A stretch of DNA of 64,000 nt from Candidatus Eiseniibacteriota bacterium (GTDB taxonomy: Bacteria > Eisenbacteria > RBG-16-71-46 > CAIMUX01 > VGJL01). The notes under the pieces were generated by a model. The model was not told the origin of the DNA, did not search any database, and saw nothing but the letters and a program-made list of their open reading frames with translations. Shown in pieces: positions 1 through 10,144 of the stretch; the first letter of the stretch is position 1, and each line of letters begins with the position of its first letter. The DNA is taken from contig CAWBWI010000001.1 of NCBI GenBank assembly GCA_963792585.1, positions 768,001 through 832,000 of the forward strand, read 5' to 3'. A program made the position numbers and the translations under genes.

Positions 1-1026
1 GCGGCCCTGATCGGGTGGCTCGTATTCTCCTTGGCCTACGGTGCCGTCTTCTGGCCGGAGAGAAGAAACGATGCCGCAGTCAGCATCAGGGAGTTCTGGA
101 GCAGCATCTCCGGAATCGGCATCTACTACGTGGGGACCCATCTCGTCCTCGACCGGAAGCAACTCAGGAGGGCCATTGGGTGGTTGCTGTTCGGTTCCGC
201 GCTCGGAGTCGTAGGACCGTTCTACGAGGCGATGTCCGAAGGGTTTGGGATGCGCACCGCCGGGGGAATCGGGGACATCAATCGGATGGGGGCCTTCCTC
301 GCGTTTGCCGCGGTTTTCGCGATCGGGATGATCCCCGCCTACAAGGGAATGAAGAAGGTCCTCGTGATCCTTGCCGGAATCGTTCCCACGGTCGGCATGA
401 TCTTCCCCAATTCCCGCGGAGCCTACATCGGCTTCCTCGGCGCCTCGATCCCGCAATCCTTCCGCAGAAGCGTGAGCGGTACGGTCGTGATCCTCGCCAT
501 CCTCGGCAGCAGTCCGCTCTGGGCCCCCAACTTCGTTCAGGACCGGGTCAAGAGCACGTGGGACGCCGCGAAGAGCGACGACCGGCAGACGGCCCTCGAC
601 GCGGACTCCGGGGGCAGGATCACCGTGTGGAAGGCGATCGGACAGGTTATCCTCGAGCATCCCGTGGTCGGCGTCGGGTACGGAAACCTGCTGGAAGCGA
701 CCCGGGTTGTCCAGGGCCGCTACAAGAACGCCCACAACCTCTATCTGGAGCTTGCCGGGGAAGCAGGCCTCGTCGGCCTGGGCCTCCTGATCTGGCTTCT
801 CGTCGCCTGCTGGCGACTGGGCTCCCGGTTGACGCGCAGGGGAGGGCAAACCGCGGTGCTCGGCCGCGCATACCACGGGGTCATTCTTTGTCTTGTGATC
901 GCCAACATCTTCGGTCAACGCTTCTTTGACTTTGGTCTGAGCGGTTTCTTCTTCATGCTGTCGGCGCTCGTCGCACTCGAGGATCGCTTCACGCAGTCGG
1001 AGCCGCTGGTGGAGGGAGAATCATGA
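1..1026 (+). CDS. O-antigen ligase/Wzy-like membrane protein (5' truncated by window edge)
   Basis: Multiple hydrophobic helices, NSRGAYIG, GRITVWKA, GVGYGN and AHNLYLELAGE motifs typical of Wzy_C/O-antigen ligase family; frame open from window start. Confidence 0.8.
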   Translation, partial: AALIGWLVFSLAYGAVFWPERRNDAAVSIREFWSSISGIGIYYVGTHLVLDRKQLRRAIGWLLFGSALGVVGPFYEAMSEGFGMRTAGGIGDINRMGAFLAFAAVFAIGMIPAYKGMKKVLVILAGIVPTVGMIFPNSRGAYIGFLGASIPQSFRRSVSGTVVILAILGSSPLWAPNFVQDRVKSTWDAAKSDDRQTALDADSGGRITVWKAIGQVILEHPVVGVGYGNLLEATRVVQGRYKNAHNLYLELAGEAGLVGLGLLIWLLVACWRLGSRLTRRGGQTAVLGRAYHGVILCLVIANIFGQRFFDFGLSGFFFMLSALVALEDRFTQSEPLVEGES

Positions 1027-2210
1027 TTCCTGCCGTACTGGGGGGAACGCCGCCGGCCGGCGTGATCCCGATCAGCGAACCGACCCTGCCCGAGCTGGGC
1101 GACTTCACGCGTGAGCTGGAGAGGATCTTCGCATCGCGGCAGATCACGAACGACCGATGGGTGCGGAAACTCGAGGAGGAGGCGGCGCGAATGATCGGCG
1201 TTCCCGAGGTGGTCGCCCTTTCGAGCGCCACTTCCGGGCTCATTCTGGTCGCCAAGTTGCTCGGCTTGCGCGGCAAGGTCGCGCTCCCGTCTTTCACTTT
1301 TCCGGCGACGCTCCATGCGCTTCTCTGGAACGGTCTGGAGCCGGTCCTCGTCGATTGCGATCCCGAATCCTTCAATCTCGACGTCGGCGCGGTCGAATCC
1401 GCAATCGAGTCGGGCGCGAAATGCGTCGTGCCCGTCTACATCTTCGGGAATGCCCCCGACTGGAATCGACTCGAACCGTTGCTGGCGACGCGCGGAGTGC
1501 GCGCGTTCAGCGACGCGGCCCACGCCCTGGGAACGCGGCTCGGCTCGCGTGGGGCGGGCGACTTCGGAGATGCCGAGATCTTCAGTCTCGCCCCCACGAA
1601 GGTCACCATCTCCGGCGAGGGCGGCTTGGTCGCAACGCACAACGAGGCGCTCGCACGCGATCTCCGGATTGCCCGCAATTACGGCAACCCGGGAAGCTAT
1701 GACTGTCTCTTCGCGGGCCTGAACGCGCGGCAATCGGAGATCCACGCCCTGCTGGGCTGTCTAAGCCTTGCGCAGACCGAGGAGCACATCCGGCGCCGGG
1801 ATGAGCGGGTCCGGCGCTATCGCGCGGCCTTCGCGGAACTTCCCGGGCTGAGATTCCAGCGCTTCGCTCCCGACTGCCGGACGACGCACAACTACTTCGC
1901 CGTTCGCATCGAGTCCGGCGCGTTCGGGCTGACCAATCGGGAACTCCAGAAGGCGCTGGACGCGGATGGAATCCGCTCGAAGATCTACTTCTATCCACCG
2001 CTCCACCGGCAGAGCCACTTTCAACACCTCTCGGGCCTGCATGGGACATTCCCGAACACGGACCGTGTCTGCGACGAGGTCCTCTGTCTCCCGCTCTTCA
2101 GCCACATGACCGACGAGGCGCAGGAGCGGGTGATCGCGACCGTTCGGGCCTGCCAGGGGGCTGCGGGGGCCGTGAGGAACGCGGTTTCCGTCGGAGGGGG
2201 AGTTCATTGA
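1023..2210 (+). CDS. DegT/DnrJ/EryC1/StrS family PLP-dependent sugar aminotransferase
   Basis: SSATSGL, DAAHALG, FSLAPTKVTISGEGG (PLP lysine), LCLPLF motifs; ATGA overlap with upstream gene. Confidence 0.9.
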   Translation: MIPAVLGGTPPAGVIPISEPTLPELGDFTRELERIFASRQITNDRWVRKLEEEAARMIGVPEVVALSSATSGLILVAKLLGLRGKVALPSFTFPATLHALLWNGLEPVLVDCDPESFNLDVGAVESAIESGAKCVVPVYIFGNAPDWNRLEPLLATRGVRAFSDAAHALGTRLGSRGAGDFGDAEIFSLAPTKVTISGEGGLVATHNEALARDLRIARNYGNPGSYDCLFAGLNARQSEIHALLGCLSLAQTEEHIRRRDERVRRYRAAFAELPGLRFQRFAPDCRTTHNYFAVRIESGAFGLTNRELQKALDADGIRSKIYFYPPLHRQSHFQHLSGLHGTFPNTDRVCDEVLCLPLFSHMTDEAQERVIATVRACQGAAGAVRNAVSVGGGVH

Positions 2211-2944
2211 CCGGGAACGCACACGCGGACCTCGGACCCCTCCCGGATGAACCCGCGGGGGGATCGTATGTCCGCGTCGTGAAACCGGCCCTGGACGGGG
2301 CTTGCGCATTCCTGGGGCTCCTGATCCTCTCACCGCTCCTCCTCGCCCTTTCTCTCGCGGTCGCGATCGACTCCCGGGGCGGGGTCTTCTTCCGCCAGGA
2401 GCGAGTCGGGTTGCTGGGCCGTCCGTTTCAGATCCTGAAGTTCCGGACGATGGTGCCCGGAGCGCAGCAAATGGGAACGGGGATGCTCGTGAAGGAGGAC
2501 GATCCGAGGATCACGCGCGTCGGAACGTTTCTGCGCGCGACGAGCCTTGACGAGTTGCCGCAGCTGTGGAATGTGTTTCGCGGGGAAATGAGCTTCGTGG
2601 GGCCGCGTCCGACACTGGCATACCAGGTGCGGCAGTACGATGCACGGCAGCGGGATCGCCTGCGTCTGCGCCCCGGCGTGACAGGACTCGCGCAGGTGAG
2701 TGGACGGAAATCGATACCATGGGACGAGCGCATTCGAATCGATCTGCGTTATCTCGAACGGGTCTCGCCCGGGCTCGACCTGCGGATCCTCCTCTGGACC
2801 GCGGGTGTCGTGCTCGGGGCGAAGGACCCGCCGGCGCAGGCGGAGTATTGGAAGGAACCGGCCGACCCGAAGCCGCAAGGTTCGGACGATCGGCATGAGA
2901 GCCAGGGAGGGGATCATGATTCGCGATCGACGGCAGCGCGGTAG
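2207..2944 (+). CDS. Bacterial sugar transferase (monotopic phosphoglycosyl transferase, PglC/WcaJ-like)
   Basis: [43 protein letters not shown] motifs. Confidence 0.92.
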   Translation: MTGNAHADLGPLPDEPAGGSYVRVVKPALDGACAFLGLLILSPLLLALSLAVAIDSRGGVFFRQERVGLLGRPFQILKFRTMVPGAQQMGTGMLVKEDDPRITRVGTFLRATSLDELPQLWNVFRGEMSFVGPRPTLAYQVRQYDARQRDRLRLRPGVTGLAQVSGRKSIPWDERIRIDLRYLERVSPGLDLRILLWTAGVVLGAKDPPAQAEYWKEPADPKPQGSDDRHESQGGDHDSRSTAAR

Positions 2945-3737
2945 GCCCGGAAGAGATGCTGCGAGGTTCATACTCGCGGCATGCCTGCTCGCTGCGGGCG
3001 CTACCTGCGCACGTGCGCAGGAGACGGTCGACCCGGCTGCGGGGACGGGCATTCTCAGCCTCAAGTCCGAACCGACCGGCGCGGTCATCGAACTCGTGGG
3101 CGAGCATCACTGGAGAGGCATGACCCCCTGCGACTTCAACCGCGGTCTCAAGGGACCCTACGAACTCACCGCGAAGATGCGCCTCTACGAACGGTGGCAC
3201 CGCACCCTGAACCTCACGGAGGGGGAGTCGCGCGAGATGACGATCCGTCTCTCGCCGAAGCGCGCCTGGAAGGCGGGCTTGCGCAGCCTGATCGTCCCCG
3301 GATGGGGGCAGTTCTATGCGGAGGAGCGGGGGAAAGGAGCGGTCCTGCTCGGGGCGGCGGCGCTTTCAGCCGGGGGGCTCCTCGGGGCGCACCTCGTCTA
3401 TCGGAGTCGCGTGGACGACTACCAGGAGGCCCGAGACCGCTATTTCCAGTCGACCCACTACGAGGATCTCGCCGGCCTGCGCGGCGCGATGATGCGAAAG
3501 GACCGAAGGGCGGCCGACGCATACGACCTGCGGCAAGGGTTCCTCTATGCGACGGCGGCCTGCTCGGCAATCTCCTTCCTCGACGCGGTCTTCTTCTTCC
3601 CTTCGCGGTCGGAAGGCGCCTACGCCACGGTGCGCCCGTTCGGCGACGAAGGCCCCGACCTGACGCTGCGCCCGGCCGGCGCCGGGAATATCGAACTGGC
3701 CGTTGTCCTGAGGGCGAGTCATGGGGGTGTCCGATGA
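2916..3737 (+). CDS. Exported PEGA-domain protein with DUF5683-like (SLIVPGWGQFY) membrane segment
   Basis: ATG 2916 after GGGAGG; signal peptide ending ARA-QE; LSLKSEPTGAVIEL..GMTP PEGA-like; RSLIVPGWGQFY motif. Confidence 0.65.
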   Translation: MIRDRRQRGRPGRDAARFILAACLLAAGATCARAQETVDPAAGTGILSLKSEPTGAVIELVGEHHWRGMTPCDFNRGLKGPYELTAKMRLYERWHRTLNLTEGESREMTIRLSPKRAWKAGLRSLIVPGWGQFYAEERGKGAVLLGAAALSAGGLLGAHLVYRSRVDDYQEARDRYFQSTHYEDLAGLRGAMMRKDRRAADAYDLRQGFLYATAACSAISFLDAVFFFPSRSEGAYATVRPFGDEGPDLTLRPAGAGNIELAVVLRASHGGVR

Positions 3738-5623
3738 ACGGCATCATTCGCAAGTTGATCGTCGGCGCGGTGCTGAGCGCGGCGCTGGGAGCCGGCTGCT
3801 CCCAGGACCACGGACTGAGCCCCGCGTACAGCCCCCGGGATCCTCGGGGTGGGGCGAAGACGCCGCCGGTGCCGTCCAACGTGACGGCGCTTGTCGGAAA
3901 CCGATCCGTCACACTCTCTTGGGGGCTGCCCGACTCCAGCCTCGCTTCCAGCGTGAGGATCTACAGGATCTACAGGCAAACGGCCTCGGACGAGTCGCCG
4001 ACGATCGCCGACTCCTCCCGGACGAGCCCCAAGTCGGTCATCGATCTGTCCAACGGTCGCGCCGTCCGGTTGTCGATCAGCGCGGTGCTGACGAACGACC
4101 TCGAGGGGAAGCGTTCGGCCGATGTCGAGGTCCTTCCGGCCCTTCTTTCCCTCACCATTCAGGAAGGCAAGGCGGTCACCCGTTCCCGAGAGGTCGTCGT
4201 GGGGATCAGTGTGCCCGGCGGCGCCAGCACCGTGACGCTTGGGGAACAACCGGACTTGGGCGACGGGATCACACGATCCTACGCGGCGAGCATGACGTGG
4301 ACCCTCTCCGATGGCGACGGATTGAAGACGGTATACGGCCGGATCTCCGACGCGCTCGGAAACCCTTCGGAAATCGTCTCGGGTACGATTCGCCTCGACA
4401 CGAAGGCCGACATCATCAGCTTCGACTTCGACGGCAGCGACACCCGCGCGCCGGGTGACGCGATCATCTTCCACATGCGCGCGGGGGAACCGTTTGGAAC
4501 GGCGGAACTGGAAGTCCCCCGTGACGGATCGCTCCGGACCATGCGCGACGACGGTGTGGCCCCCGACCAGACTGCCGGGGACGGCGTCTACACCCTCGAG
4601 TACATCGCGGAGACGAACCGGCAATTCATCGGCGGCGAGGTCGTCGGGCAATTCAGGGACGAGGCGGGAAACAGGGCACCCGAGCGTCCCGCGCCCCGCA
4701 GGCTTACGGTTCACGCCGAACCACCCGCGGTCACCCTGTTTCCCCTGGCGAGTGGGGATCCGCAGGAGATTTCCCTGGAGTGGACCCGCGCACCCGAGGG
4801 AACGCCATTCGGGAACTACCGGATTTTCAGAGACGTCGTTCCGGGCGTGGCGCAATCCACATCGCGCCGGCTCATCGAGGATATTGGGAATGTAGAGATC
4901 ATCACCCACACGGACGAGACCGTGGAGCCGGGGCGAACCTATTACTACATCGTCGAACTGGTCGACCCCCTCGGCACGGCCACTCCGAGCAATGAGGTCT
5001 CGGGCGCCTCGAAGCACAACGATCCCCCCACCGCCGTCGTTCTCGCCGCTCCCTATGGGATCACCGAGAGTTCGGTCAGCCTGGTCTGGAGCCGCAACGA
5101 GGAGGATGACTTCCGTCTGTACCGGGTCCTGCGGGCGGAACACCCGAATGTCGCCACGGACCCGACACGCCGATCCCTCACGGAGATCGCGGATCGCACG
5201 ATCGTGCGCTACGTGGACAACGCGGAACTCGAAGAGGGAGGGACCTACTATTATGTCGTCGAGACGGTCGACGATCTGGGCCTCGAGACCGTCAGCAACG
5301 AGCGCTCCGCGACGCTGGACGACCGGTACCCGGCCGCCGTGGAACTGGCCGCACCGGATTCTGCGGGGCAGACAACGGTCGATCTCACCTGGACTGAAAA
5401 CAGGGATCGCGACTTCGAATCGTATCGACTCTACCGCTCCGGGAGCGCGGGGGTCGACGAGACGGATGCGCTTGTCGTGAGCATAGCCGAGTCGGAGCGC
5501 ACCCGATGGATGGACGGGACCCTGACCCGAGACACAGACTACTACTACCGCATCTTCGTCCGCGACAAAGGCGGCCACCTGACGCCGAGCAACGAGATCA
5601 AGGTCACGACGGCGAACGAGTAG
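3734..5623 (+). CDS. Lipoprotein with multiple fibronectin type III repeats and DDG..D..AGDGVYT (choice-of-anchor X-like) motif
   Basis: Lipobox LGAGC; four FnIII-like units (P.AV.L..., V.L.W, YRxYR, TYYY.V, SNE); MRDDGVAPDQTAGDGVYT. Confidence 0.75.
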   Translation: MNGIIRKLIVGAVLSAALGAGCSQDHGLSPAYSPRDPRGGAKTPPVPSNVTALVGNRSVTLSWGLPDSSLASSVRIYRIYRQTASDESPTIADSSRTSPKSVIDLSNGRAVRLSISAVLTNDLEGKRSADVEVLPALLSLTIQEGKAVTRSREVVVGISVPGGASTVTLGEQPDLGDGITRSYAASMTWTLSDGDGLKTVYGRISDALGNPSEIVSGTIRLDTKADIISFDFDGSDTRAPGDAIIFHMRAGEPFGTAELEVPRDGSLRTMRDDGVAPDQTAGDGVYTLEYIAETNRQFIGGEVVGQFRDEAGNRAPERPAPRRLTVHAEPPAVTLFPLASGDPQEISLEWTRAPEGTPFGNYRIFRDVVPGVAQSTSRRLIEDIGNVEIITHTDETVEPGRTYYYIVELVDPLGTATPSNEVSGASKHNDPPTAVVLAAPYGITESSVSLVWSRNEEDDFRLYRVLRAEHPNVATDPTRRSLTEIADRTIVRYVDNAELEEGGTYYYVVETVDDLGLETVSNERSATLDDRYPAAVELAAPDSAGQTTVDLTWTENRDRDFESYRLYRSGSAGVDETDALVVSIAESERTRWMDGTLTRDTDYYYRIFVRDKGGHLTPSNEIKVTTANE

Positions 5624-5752
5624 TCGGCCGAGGGCAGTCGGGGGGTCGACACGATGACGACACCGATGACAACACGCCGTTGACCTCCGACATGTACATC
5701 GTATCGGCGAGGGTGGCGCAGCAGTCGTCTTCGATTGGACGGACGACGAGAC

Positions 5753-5790
5753 GGGGGCGGGTCCCGAACGTGACCCGCCCCCTTGTGATT
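5753..5790 (+). terminator. Intrinsic terminator-like hairpin between convergent genes
   Basis: GGGGGCGGGTC (5753-5763) / GACCCGCCCCC (5772-5782) perfect 11-bp stem followed by TTGTGATT. Confidence 0.7.
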
Positions 5791-5807
5791 GCCGGTCGGC
5801 GCGATTC

Positions 5808-7418
5808 CTAGCGGGTTCTGGACTGCCAGTCCCCGGCGGACTCCTTCCGAGCCATGTCCTCAGCTTGCGGGAAGAGGGCGAGGGCCGCGGTCACCTGCGG
5901 ATCCGTGTCGATGACGGCCTGCCAACGGGCTTCGTCGCCGTAGATATTGCGCGCCATCTCCCGCTTGATACCCGCCCGGACGTCGGCCATCTCCGCCTTC
6001 ATGCTGTCGGCCGAGTATGCGACCTTGCGCTCCTTCAGGAATCCCTCGAAGCGCCGCACGACGTCGTCGGGGATCACGTAGTCTCGCCGGAAGGCATCTC
6101 CGTTTGCGAAGCTCGGCTTCGTCTCCCCGACATACAGGTTGGCGAAGTCGAAGTAGCTGTTCGCGAGCTTCTGCTGCAACTTGCTCGGCAGGGGACGCTG
6201 CGCCAGCTTGACATCGGGAGCAATCCCACCGCCGCCGAGGACGGTACGCCCCGCCGCCGTCTTGAATGCGGGCATCTTCTCGTGGGCCGTATCCTGAGCC
6301 GCCTCCTGTTCCACCTCGGCCGCCGACTCCTCCAGATACCGCTCGCGGTCGCTGTAGTCCCTCTGAATCAATCTACCGCTCGGCGTGTAGTAGCGTGCGA
6401 CCGTTAGGAGCAGGGCGCCGCCGTTCTTCAGGGGGTATTGCCGTTGCACGAGTCCCTTGCCCCAGCTCGTCTCGCCGACAACCAGCCCGCGGTCCCAATC
6501 CTGCAGGGCACCGGACACGATCTCGGAGGCGCTCGCCGTGCCGTGGTTGATCAGCACGATCAGCGGGTACTTCGTGTGCTTGCCGCGCCCTGTCGAGAAA
6601 TACTCCTCGTTGGAGTCGGGGATCCGGCCAAGCGTGTAGACGAGTTTCTTACCGGCGGGGAGGAACTTGTCGGACATCTCGATCGCCTGGTTCAGATACC
6701 CGCCGGCATTGCCACGCAGATCGAGGACGAGCTTCTCCATGCCCTGGGATTCGAGCTTCTGCAGCGCCGTCTCGAGCTCGTCGCTCGTGGTCGCCGAGAA
6801 CCGGTTGACATAGACGTAACCGATGCCCGGCTTCAACATGAACGACGCGGGGACGCTGTAGATCGGGATTTCCTCGCGGACGATGTCGAACTCGAGCGGG
6901 TCCTTCTCACCGGGCCGCCGCACGGTCACGTGGACGACGGTGCCACGCTCACCCCGAAGCTTGTCGAAGACCTCTTCTTCCTTGATCCCCTTGGCGGTGG
7001 TTCCGTCGATCTTGCTGATGACGTCGCCCGCCCGGATACCCAGCTTGTCCGAGGGGGAACCCGCGATGGCAGAGATCACCGTCAGGTCACCGTCGACGAT
7101 CGCGAATGAGACCCCGATCCCGTAGTAGGTCCCGCGGTTGCGTTCCTGCATCTTCTGGAAGCGATCCGGGTCGAGGTAGTTGGAGTGCGGGTCGAGCTGG
7201 TCGAGCACCCCCTTGATCGCGCCATCGACCAGGTCTTCGCCGTTCGTCTTCTCGACATAGTTGTCGTTGACCAGCGAAAGGACCTCGGTCAGCACCTGGA
7301 GCTGGCTATAAACGGTCCGTCCGGCCGCCATCCCGGTATTGAGGGCGCCGGCCCCCGCCAGAATGGCGACGAGCGCTACGCAGCCGGTGACGACAAGGAC
7401 GATACGCTTCGGGTTCAT
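5808..7418 (-). CDS. S41 family carboxy-terminal processing protease (CtpA/Prc-like)
   Basis: Signal peptide, LDPHSNY, PDZ (GIGVSF..GSPSDKLGIRAGD), DLRGNAGG, TASASEIVSGALQD, SWGKGLVQ, RYYTPSG. Confidence 0.93.
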   Translation of the reverse strand: MNPKRIVLVVTGCVALVAILAGAGALNTGMAAGRTVYSQLQVLTEVLSLVNDNYVEKTNGEDLVDGAIKGVLDQLDPHSNYLDPDRFQKMQERNRGTYYGIGVSFAIVDGDLTVISAIAGSPSDKLGIRAGDVISKIDGTTAKGIKEEEVFDKLRGERGTVVHVTVRRPGEKDPLEFDIVREEIPIYSVPASFMLKPGIGYVYVNRFSATTSDELETALQKLESQGMEKLVLDLRGNAGGYLNQAIEMSDKFLPAGKKLVYTLGRIPDSNEEYFSTGRGKHTKYPLIVLINHGTASASEIVSGALQDWDRGLVVGETSWGKGLVQRQYPLKNGGALLLTVARYYTPSGRLIQRDYSDRERYLEESAAEVEQEAAQDTAHEKMPAFKTAAGRTVLGGGGIAPDVKLAQRPLPSKLQQKLANSYFDFANLYVGETKPSFANGDAFRRDYVIPDDVVRRFEGFLKERKVAYSADSMKAEMADVRAGIKREMARNIYGDEARWQAVIDTDPQVTAALALFPQAEDMARKESAGDWQSRTR

Positions 7419-7678
7419 CCTGCTTCTCCCTTCAAGGTGCGGTCGGGTCTTCGTCCGCTACGATCGGCCGGAAGACCCCCGTCCATCGGCTAAATTACCA
7501 CATTGCAGGGAACAAGGTTGCGGAGAAACCGGTTCCGCGTTGCCCGTCTTTATTCCTTGCCGTATCGTCCCTCTCGTTGGGCGTGGGGAAAAGGCCCCCG
7601 GCCGGCCGGCGGAACCCCCTCGGGGCTCAAGACGGCCTTACCGGCGCCCGATCCGAATGCAGAGGAGGAGGTGGGTCC

Positions 7679-8982
7679 GTGAACCTCGAAAGCAAACTGC
7701 GCGATCGATCTGCACATCTTTCAGTCATCGGTCTCGGGTACGTCGGTTTGCCTTTGGCCACCGAGTTCGCCAAGGCGGGTTTCCGTGTGACCGGCATCGA
7801 GTTGGACGCCGGAAAGGTCGCCTCGATCATGAAGGGGGTCTCCTATATCCAGGATGTCCCCAGTGAGTGGATTGCCCCGCTCGTGCGAGATGGGCGCCTT
7901 GCCGCCACGACCGACTATTCGGTCCTGGCCGGCTGCGATACGGTCAACATCTGTGTCCCGACGCCGCTCGGGAAGACGCGGGCCCCGGACCTCTCCTACA
8001 TCAACGGCGCCGTCGAGAGGATCGCGGAATTCCTTCATCCCGGGATGCTGATCATCCTCGAGAGCACGACCTACCCGGGGACGACGGATGAGGTGATTCA
8101 GGCCCGGCTCGAACTGACCGGGCTTCGGACGGGCACGGACTTCCACCTCGCCTTTTCCCCGGAGCGCGTCGACCCGGGCAATCCGGTGTATCAGACGAGG
8201 AACATCCCCAAGGTGGTGGGCGGCTTCACGCCGGAGTGCACCCGCCTGGCGAAGATCCTCTACGAATCCTGCGATGGACACGGTGGTCCCGGTCAGGCTC
8301 CACGAGGGTCGCCGAGATGGTCAAGCTGCTCGAGAACACCTTCCGAAGCGTGAACATCGGGCTCGTCAACGAGCTTGCGCTCCTGTGCGACCGGATGGGA
8401 ATCGACGTCTGGGACGTCATCGACGCGGCGGCCACGAAACCGTTCGGGTTCATGCCGTTCTATCCCGGGTCCGGGCTTGGGCGGCCACTGCATCCCGATC
8501 GATCCGTTCTACCTCTCCTGGAAGGCGCGGGCGGCCGGCTTCGAGGCTCGCTTCATCGAACTCGCGGGTCAGGTCAACTCCTACATGCCGCGAACACGTC
8601 GTGGAGCGGATCGCGTCGCGCTGAACTCGATCCGCCGGAGCGTGAACGGCTCGAAGGTCCTCGTCCTCGGCGTCGCCTACAAGGCCGACATCGACGACCT
8701 GCGCGAATCTCCCGCGCTCGACATCCTGAAGCGACTCGCGGAGATGGGGGCGCCGAGTTTAGTACCACGACCCGTATCGTGCCCTCGCTGGACGTCGGGG
8801 AGATCCACCTCGAGTCGGTCGACCTGACGGACGACGCGCTGCGGCGAGTGCGACTGCGCCGTCCTGATCACCGCCCACAAGGAGTTGCCCTACGACCGCA
8901 TTCTCGAGCGGAGAGTCGGCTCGTCGTGGACACCCGCAACGGTTGGAAAGGGGTGAGCAGCCCGAAGCTGCACCGGCTCTGA
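7679..8982 (+). CDS. Nucleotide-sugar dehydrogenase (UDP-GlcNAc 6-dehydrogenase WbpA/TviB-like); several frameshifts
   Basis: [76 protein letters not shown] spread over three frames; GTG start after GGAGGAGG. Confidence 0.9.
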
Positions 8983-8996
8983 GGCAGGAGGCATCA

Positions 8997-9953
8997 TTGG
9001 GCGACATCGTGCTCGTCGACGGGCGGGGCCGGGTTCATCGGCTCCCACCTGGCCGAGAGGCGTCTCGAGGACGGCCGCAACGGTCCGCATCCTGGACGAT
9101 CTCTCGACGGGACATCGGGAGAACGTGGATCGACTGAGCGCGCGGTTCACGGGGCAAGCTCGAGGTCATCGACGGGGACATCCGCGACCGGGACACGCGT
9201 CGGCCCGGGCGATGCAGGATGTGCGGGAGGTCCTCCACGAGGCGGCTCTGCCGTCCGTCGAGCGCTCGGTCCGCGACCCGTGGACGAGCCACGAGGTCAA
9301 CGTGGACGGGACGCTCGGGCTTCTGGAGGCCGCCCGCGCGAGAGCGAAGGTCCGTCGGTTCGTCCTCGCGGGCTCCTCTTCGTCTACGGAGACCAGCCGG
9401 AGCTGCCCAAGCGCGAGACGATGGCCCCCTCCCCGCGATCGCCCTACGCCCTGTCGAAACTCATCGCCGAGCAGTACGACGCGGCTCTATGCGGAGCTCT
9501 ATGGGCTCCCGACCTTGACCTTCCGCTACTTCAACGTCTTCGGTCCCCGCCAGGACCCGGACTCTCCCTACGCGGCGGTCATCCCCCTCTTCCTCAGGCC
9601 ATCCGGACAGGGGGAGTCGCCGACGATCTACGGCGACGGCGGGCAGACCCGCGACTTCACCTTCATCGACAACGTCGTCGAAGCGAACATCGCCGCGCTC
9701 GACTGCCCGCCGCCGAACGGGGACGCCGATGAACATCGCCTGCGGACGGCAGACGTCGCTCCTTCAGTTGCTGGACGGGCTGTGCGACGTGTGCGCGACC
9801 AAGGTCCAACCGGACTTCCAACCACCCCGGCAGGGGGACGTCCGGGATTCCGTGGCCGACATCAGCCGAGCGACCGATCGGCTCGCCTTCGCCCCGAAGG
9901 TCTCGTTGGAAGAGGGGCTCAAGCGAACGGTGGAGTGGTTCACGCGGAGTTGA
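8997..9953 (+). CDS. NAD-dependent epimerase/dehydratase (WbpP/GalE-like SDR); several frameshifts
   Basis: GAGFIGSHL, HEAALPSVERSV, SPYALSK, RYFNVFGPRQDP, GDGGQTRDFTFIDNVV across frames; TTG start after AGGAGG. Confidence 0.85.
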
Positions 9954-10112
9954 TCCGGACGCGGCGATCTGCCCGCAACTCATGCTTTTTGCGGCTCCCC
10001 ACGCGGCAGTTCCGATCGCGATCCGACTGCCGGGTTCGTTCTGCACAAGCGCAACATATTGTGAAACAATGCGTTAGACTACCTCGAAAGAACGCCGCAA
10101 CTTGCCCTTCCC

Positions 10113-10128
10113 GGGCACGATAGTCGCC
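10113..10128 (+). promoter_or_regulatory. Possible sigma54 (-24/-12) promoter
   Basis: GGGCACGATAGTCGCC: GG-N10-GC spacing with GGCAC; -12 box TCGC deviates from TTGC; AT-rich CAACATATTG (IHF-like) at 10052-10061. Confidence 0.3.
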
Positions 10129-10144
10129 ATGGAGTGGATCGACC

